Source: an uncultured Candidatus Binatia bacterium (GTDB lineage Bacteria > Desulfobacterota > Binatia > UBA9968 > JAJDTQ01). Taken from it: 64,000 nucleotides of DNA. The stretch spans positions 1,184,001 through 1,248,000 of the forward strand of contig OZ244070.1 in NCBI GenBank assembly GCA_965215605.1, given 5' to 3'. Shown here one piece after another: positions 59,387 through 64,000 of the stretch (positions are counted from its first letter, which is position 1; the number at the start of each line of letters is the position of its first letter). The notes below the pieces were generated by a model that was not told the origin of the DNA, searched no databases, and saw only the letters and a list, made by a program, of their open reading frames with translations. Both the position numbers and the translations under genes were made by a program.

Positions 59387-60550
59387 TTATCGCGGGCCCG
59401 GGGCCGCGAGCGCGCCCGACGCGTCCGCCAACGATATCGTCCGCCGCGTGAGCTTGTCCAAGAGCCGGTCGAGGCCCGCGCGGTACTGCTTGCCCAGCGA
59501 TTCATACGGATTTCCGCGGTCCGTGGCCGCGGGCAGCCTTGCCTCGAACGGGATGACGATGTCGGGCTCACGCCCCGCCAACGCATCGCGAATCTGGTTG
59601 GAGGAAAGCGCGCTTTTCTGCCCTCGCGTGTGATTCTCCACCAGGATGGCTTCCCTGCCCTCGCCCATCGCCATCATCGTATGAGTCAGCCGGCTGAGGC
59701 TCACGAGGGTCGGTTCGTAGACGAGCACCCGCTCATCCGCGTTCTCGAGCACGGAGAACAACGTACTCACATCCAGCATCCCGTCCACCACCACCAGGTG
59801 CGAACGATTGGCGAGGTGCCCGATCATCCATTGCACCGCGTCCGGGCTGGGTTCCGGCGGCACCCCTTCGTTGGACCGGTAGCCGTAGATCGCGACCCGC
59901 GGACCCGCGGACCCGCTCACCGACTCGAGCATGTCCATACCGGAAAACCCGCTGTCGGCCGCGGCGTCCAGCAACTCGGCAAGTCCAGCCGTCGGCTCGA
60001 CGTCGAGCATCCACGGCAGGGCGCCGAACACGCGGCCGAGATCGAGGGCGGCGACATAGCTGCCCCGGGCGGCCGAAGCGTGCACGGTCACCGCCGCCAA
60101 GGTGGTGGCGCCGCACCCGCCACCGCATCCCCTGAAGGCGATCACGCGCCCGGCGTGCATGCGCCCGGGGCCGGCCTCGATGCCGAGGGCCAGACTGACG
60201 GCCTCGCGGATCTCGCGCGCGGAAACGGGCTTCGGAAGGTAGTCGTTGACGCCGGCGGAAAGCAACTCCCGGGCAAGACGCGCGGTGTCGTTGGAGCCCA
60301 AGGCAATCACCTTGGTGCCGAACTCGCACACCGCGGACAACTCGTGAATGCGCCCGGCGGGGAACGGGCTGCCGTCGAGGTCCACGATCACCACCTTGGG
60401 CGAGGGCGCCCCGGTCAAGTGCTTGATGACCGCCGCCATGTCGCCACGGAGGACCGTGGTGCCCTTGTCGTCGCCCAACGCGTCAAACAGGAGCGCCTCG
60501 GTGTGGGAATCCACCGCGAACGCGCATATCTGCTGGCTCGCCGTTTCCAT
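59387..60550 (-). CDS. cpaE: CpaE/TadZ (receiver-like + MinD-like domains)
   Basis: AGVNDYLPKP and deviant Walker GCGGGCGATT. Confidence 0.85.
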   Translation of the reverse strand: METASQQICAFAVDSHTEALLFDALGDDKGTTVLRGDMAAVIKHLTGAPSPKVVIVDLDGSPFPAGRIHELSAVCEFGTKVIALGSNDTARLARELLSAGVNDYLPKPVSAREIREAVSLALGIEAGPGRMHAGRVIAFRGCGGGCGATTLAAVTVHASAARGSYVAALDLGRVFGALPWMLDVEPTAGLAELLDAAADSGFSGMDMLESVSGSAGPRVAIYGYRSNEGVPPEPSPDAVQWMIGHLANRSHLVVVDGMLDVSTLFSVLENADERVLVYEPTLVSLSRLTHTMMAMGEGREAILVENHTRGQKSALSSNQIRDALAGREPDIVIPFEARLPAATDRGNPYESLGKQYRAGLDRLLDKLTRRTISLADASGALAAPGPR

Positions 60551-60564
60551 CGGTCAAGCCGGAA

Positions 60565-60882
60565 CTATTTGTCGCCGCCCGTCCCGGAGCCGGACAGTTC
60601 CTTCACTTCCCCGCGGAGCCATCGCAGGTAGGCTTCGTGAAGCGCGCCGCGGGAAGGCGTCGGCCGCGAAATCGCGCCCTCCACCCGATTCAATTCGTGG
60701 CGGGCCTGATCCTGGGCCAGCAGCAGTTGCGTCTCGGCCGCGACACGCGAGGATGTTGCCGCGGGGGCGACGAAGGCAGCGCGTTCGACGTCGATGGGCG
60801 ACCGCGCGCAACCCGCCGCCGCCATCCATCCCACCGCGACGAGGCAAAGCGCCGCTCTGGAAATTCGTGGAAAGGCGCACAT
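60565..60882 (-). CDS. Small lipoprotein, CpaD-like by position and C-terminus
   Basis: Lipobox AAGC; C-terminus AYLRWLRGEVKEL; lies between cpaC and cpaE. Confidence 0.55.
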   Translation of the reverse strand: MCAFPRISRAALCLVAVGWMAAAGCARSPIDVERAAFVAPAATSSRVAAETQLLLAQDQARHELNRVEGAISRPTPSRGALHEAYLRWLRGEVKELSGSGTGGDK

Positions 60883-60926
60883 GACCATGTCTCCCGGAAA
60901 CACCCGCGGACCGCACTCCGCGGGGC

Positions 60927-62309
60927 TCAGTAATGGTAACCCAGAACACGGCGACTCGACTCCCGCTGCCCGGTCTCTCTCCCGCTACGGTCGGTGGAGG
61001 AAATCAAGCGCGCCGTGACCACGACAATCAACTCCGTGGAATTGGATCTCACCGAGCGGGTGCCGAACAGAAGGCCCAACGCGGGAACGTCCTTGAGTCC
61101 AGGCACGCCGGCCTCGGTGTTGTCGCTCTGATTGCGATAGAGTCCGGCGATGACGATGGATTCGCCGTTCCCCACTTCAATGGTGGTCTCGGCCCGCCGC
61201 ACGTCGATGACCGGTATCTCCGTGCCGAACAACCTGAGCGCATCGGTTCCCACGCGCTGGGACACCTCCGGCCGCACCGTCAGCGAAATCCGGCCGCTGT
61301 CCACCACCGTGGGGACGAAGTCGAGCAACACACCGTATTGCTTGTACTCGAACGACAGTTGGCCGTCCTCGAACCCGCTGGGCAACGGATACTCGCCGCC
61401 GGAAAAGAAGCTCGCCGTCTGGCCCGATACAGCCGTGACGTTGGGCCGGGCCAGTACGGTGGCCAGCCCCGCGGTGGCGAGAGCGTCAATCAGGCCACGT
61501 ACCGACGCGGAACCGGTGGGCGACGTGTGGGAGCCGAACAGGGATGACGCCTGTCCTCCCTGCAACGATGCGCCAGGAATACGGTCCAAGTCGCCCAGAA
61601 GAAGGTTTCCGACGCGCATGCCGAAAATTCCGTCGCCGCGTGTGCTCATCGCTTGCCAGTTGATGCCGAGCGTTTCGCTCACGCTACGCTGGACCTCGGC
61701 GATCTGCACCTCGAGGTTGACCTGCTGAGGGCTCGCAATGGAGAGGCGATTGATCACCACCGACTTCTCGGGCAGGGAAGCCCGGGCCAACTGCAAAGCC
61801 CGCTCCGCTGCGTCCGGTGAGGCGACTACCCCGATGAGTTCAACTCCCTGGCGCCACGGACGAACCTTCAAGTCTCGAAGCTCCGGTTCCTCCGCCAGAG
61901 CTGACCGTACCGATTCCAGCTCCACCGTCACCACCACCGTCCAGCGTCCTACAAGTTCCCCGTCGCTCCCGAGTGCCACCAACGAGGTGCGACCAGCCAC
62001 TTTGCCGTACACCAGCAGCACATCGGAAGAAGCCACCTGCACGTCTGCGATGGTCGGGTCGGTAAGGGATACCGTAGCTGCAGGCCAGTCCAGCCGGAGC
62101 ATCCGGCTTTGGCCGGCGTCGATCATCAACAACCGCCCGTTGGGAGTATCCTGGCCGTTGAGATTGAACGCGGAGAGTAGCACCATCCCCGCAATAGCGG
62201 GAGCCGAGAATGCTCTCACCGCCACGACAGAGAACCGCCGTAATACGTTATACATAAACGCAAACCAAGGTATGGCGGCGTAGAGACACCGCCATACCTT
62301 GCTGATCAC
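60927..62309 (-). CDS. cpaC: Secretin CpaC/RcpA
   Basis: DPTIADV, QVNLEVQIAEV, LARPNVTAVSGQTASFFSGGEYP, VPGLKDVPALGLLF, TELIVVVT. Start uncertain. Confidence 0.92.
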   Translation of the reverse strand: MISKVWRCLYAAIPWFAFMYNVLRRFSVVAVRAFSAPAIAGMVLLSAFNLNGQDTPNGRLLMIDAGQSRMLRLDWPAATVSLTDPTIADVQVASSDVLLVYGKVAGRTSLVALGSDGELVGRWTVVVTVELESVRSALAEEPELRDLKVRPWRQGVELIGVVASPDAAERALQLARASLPEKSVVINRLSIASPQQVNLEVQIAEVQRSVSETLGINWQAMSTRGDGIFGMRVGNLLLGDLDRIPGASLQGGQASSLFGSHTSPTGSASVRGLIDALATAGLATVLARPNVTAVSGQTASFFSGGEYPLPSGFEDGQLSFEYKQYGVLLDFVPTVVDSGRISLTVRPEVSQRVGTDALRLFGTEIPVIDVRRAETTIEVGNGESIVIAGLYRNQSDNTEAGVPGLKDVPALGLLFGTRSVRSNSTELIVVVTARLISSTDRSGRETGQRESSRRVLGYHY

Positions 62310-62328
62310 CCTGGAGTCTTGTCGTTGG

Positions 62329-62502
62329 TTATGTGAGCGTGGAAATCTCGCTCGAGACGTCGGTCAGATAATCTTTGATCTCGTTCCTGAAGGAATTGAG
62401 GGCGGCCGCCAGCCCGACGATGATAATGCCGACGATCGCGGCGTACTCAAGCGCCGACACAGCGCGACTGCTCCGGAAATACTGCGCAATACGTAGAATC
62501 AT
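62329..62502 (-). CDS. flp: Flp family pilin (57 aa)
   Basis: Not in the ORF track. MILRIAQYFRSSRAVSALEYAAIVGIIIVGLAAALNSFRNEIKDYLTDVSSEISTLT; EY motif plus hydrophobic helix; AAGGAG RBS. Confidence 0.9.
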   Translation of the reverse strand: MILRIAQYFRSSRAVSALEYAAIVGIIIVGLAAALNSFRNEIKDYLTDVSSEISTLT

Positions 62503-62541
62503 TTGTGTTTCTCCTTCTCCTGATTTGCTACCAATTTAGAT

Positions 62542-64000
62542 TTAGCCACCAGCTGACGGCTTTGGCGGTTTGACCCGCCGTATCTCCCCTACCGCCTTGC
62601 CGATCTTCTCGAACGCCTCGGTGAGTTTGGCCGGAGAACCGGTCTTGAACACCCTGTCTGCAGAACCCGTGCAATCACGAAGCAGGTCAAATATCGCCTC
62701 GCGTCTCGAGTAATCATTGGGTACGGCCAACACCCCGTAAACATGAATCCCCTCGTTCCTGGCGCGTTCGCAATGATCCCGAGTGGCTTGGTCAAGCTTC
62801 GCTACCCTGTCGTCCCTGGGCTGCCCACCCAACCCGCTGATTCCGGCTCCGGGTTCGCCGTAGGCCGAATAACTCGTAGCGCCGATATTGTTCGTGCCGT
62901 CCGTCAGCAACACAAGAACCTTTTTTGGGTCCCCTTCGGGCTCCTTACCCCCCCAAGACACCCGCCAATCAGGTGCGAGCACCCTCCTACCCCATTGGAC
63001 GCCAAGATGGGTCATGTTGCCCGTGTTTCCCCACAGCGACAAGTCGGCGATTGTTTGTTGGATTGCGGATTCGTCGTTCGACAGCGGCGCGATTGGGGTT
63101 CTGATGCAGTACAATTGCGGGCCGTCCGCATCCAACCAGTCGGGTTCATTCATCCAGTACGCGCGTGTCTTGGGATGAAAATACGACGGGAACTTCGCTT
63201 GGGCGGGCGTGGCGATTGACAAGTGGTCGGCTCGGTGCAAGACACAGCCTTCCCATGGGCTGAAACCGCGGCCCGGCGGTATGACCTTGTCTCCCTTACC
63301 GATGTCATCCACCCAGCCTGACCGATTCTTGCCGACGTTGACGACCGCCGTATATGGCACAAAACCTACCGACACGTGGTCTCCGCCGGCACGGAACAGG
63401 GCACTGACGAGCGTGTTGGCTGCATTCTTGGCGGCTACGAGCCGCGAGTCCGGGTTTTGCTCGAAATGCACATAATGCTTGTTAGCTTTCGAAATACTCG
63501 ATCTCATCTCGGTACTGACGGACAATGCCAGTACAATGTCCACGGGGACGATAGCACGCTTGACCTGGAGACGAGCGTTGACTTCCTGTCCGGCGAGATC
63601 AAGGCCCCAGGACTTGCCTAGAATGGATCCAGGCAATTTCGCGGTCACCTCAACCGTCACGGATTCTTCATTGCTCTCCTTGCCGTGCTTGAGGGCAACC
63701 TTCAGACTCTTGCCCAACTCCTCGCGATGCGCCTGCGGCACGTTGGCCAGGACATAACGCCTGATCGTGGCCTCGAGTTCAGCGTCTCGCTCTTCGCTCT
63801 CTTCGTCGGTGGCGTCCGGGGCCAGGGTTCCCATCTCCTTGAAAGCCGCAATCCCGCCCGCATCGATGGCGGCCTCCAGCATGTTCTTCTGGTGGGACAC
63901 CCAAGTCAGATCGCCGACCACGCCCACGGTCATGAATACCGCCGAGCCAAGCATGACGGACGCGAGTCCCACCGCGGCAGCGGTTTCACGGGCAAAGCGG
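62542..64000 (-). CDS. tadG: TadG-like pilus protein with vWA domain (5' end may lie beyond the window)
   Basis: Tad N-terminal pattern (GDL...LEAAIDAG) and vWA elements (VGFVPY, GVQWG, VLLTDG). The frame is open to the window edge. Confidence 0.8.
   Translation of the reverse strand, partial: RFARETAAAVGLASVMLGSAVFMTVGVVGDLTWVSHQKNMLEAAIDAGGIAAFKEMGTLAPDATDEESEERDAELEATIRRYVLANVPQAHREELGKSLKVALKHGKESNEESVTVEVTAKLPGSILGKSWGLDLAGQEVNARLQVKRAIVPVDIVLALSVSTEMRSSISKANKHYVHFEQNPDSRLVAAKNAANTLVSALFRAGGDHVSVGFVPYTAVVNVGKNRSGWVDDIGKGDKVIPPGRGFSPWEGCVLHRADHLSIATPAQAKFPSYFHPKTRAYWMNEPDWLDADGPQLYCIRTPIAPLSNDESAIQQTIADLSLWGNTGNMTHLGVQWGRRVLAPDWRVSWGGKEPEGDPKKVLVLLTDGTNNIGATSYSAYGEPGAGISGLGGQPRDDRVAKLDQATRDHCERARNEGIHVYGVLAVPNDYSRREAIFDLLRDCTGSADRVFKTGSPAKLTEAFEKIGKAVGEIRRVKPPKPSAGG

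Noticed and set aside
58067-60631. 854-aa plus-strand ORF (and similar shadows at 11149-13005, 17418-19202, 27771-30044)
   Set aside because: Each lies antisense to a well-supported gene and has no recognisable domain.

Overview
High-GC bacterial chromosomal segment. The gene content suggests a deltaproteobacterial-type lineage, but that is an inference from gene order, not an identification. From left to right: (1) a conserved minus-strand operon kdsB-pyrG-kdsA-kdsD-kdsC-lptC-lptA-lptB-rpoN-ptsN-rapZ; (2) a small Zn-ribbon gene; (3) a CoxMSL-like molybdenum hydroxylase with an enoyl-CoA hydratase; (4) a peptide ABC importer without its ATPase, and an amidohydrolase; (5) an AT-richer ABC-ATPase-TOPRIM gene (candidate defence gene); (6) a redox cluster of cnoX/ybbN, an OsmC-like gene with an in-frame TGA and SECIS-like hairpin (probable selenoprotein), a hemerythrin and a Cys-less HMA protein; (7) three AAA_14/DUF4143 ATPases; (8) tldD-tldE, a divergent archaeal-type-GAPDH-like protein, trpE/trpG, folK, dapL with a structured upstream region, an NYN nuclease and a YhaO/YhaN-like pair; (9) an unusual module of two Cache-HAMP membrane proteins with no output domain, two stand-alone DUF3365-type heme-c lipoproteins, an Amt transporter and a TPR protein, running into (10) a Tad/Flp pilus locus split into two convergent halves. 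The Flp pilin and rapZ are missing from the ORF track. I saw no rRNA, tRNA, CRISPR array or transposase. The strongest leads are the recoded OsmC gene, the Cache-HAMP/heme-c/Amt/Tad module and the dapL-leader structure. All family assignments come from motif recognition, not database searches.
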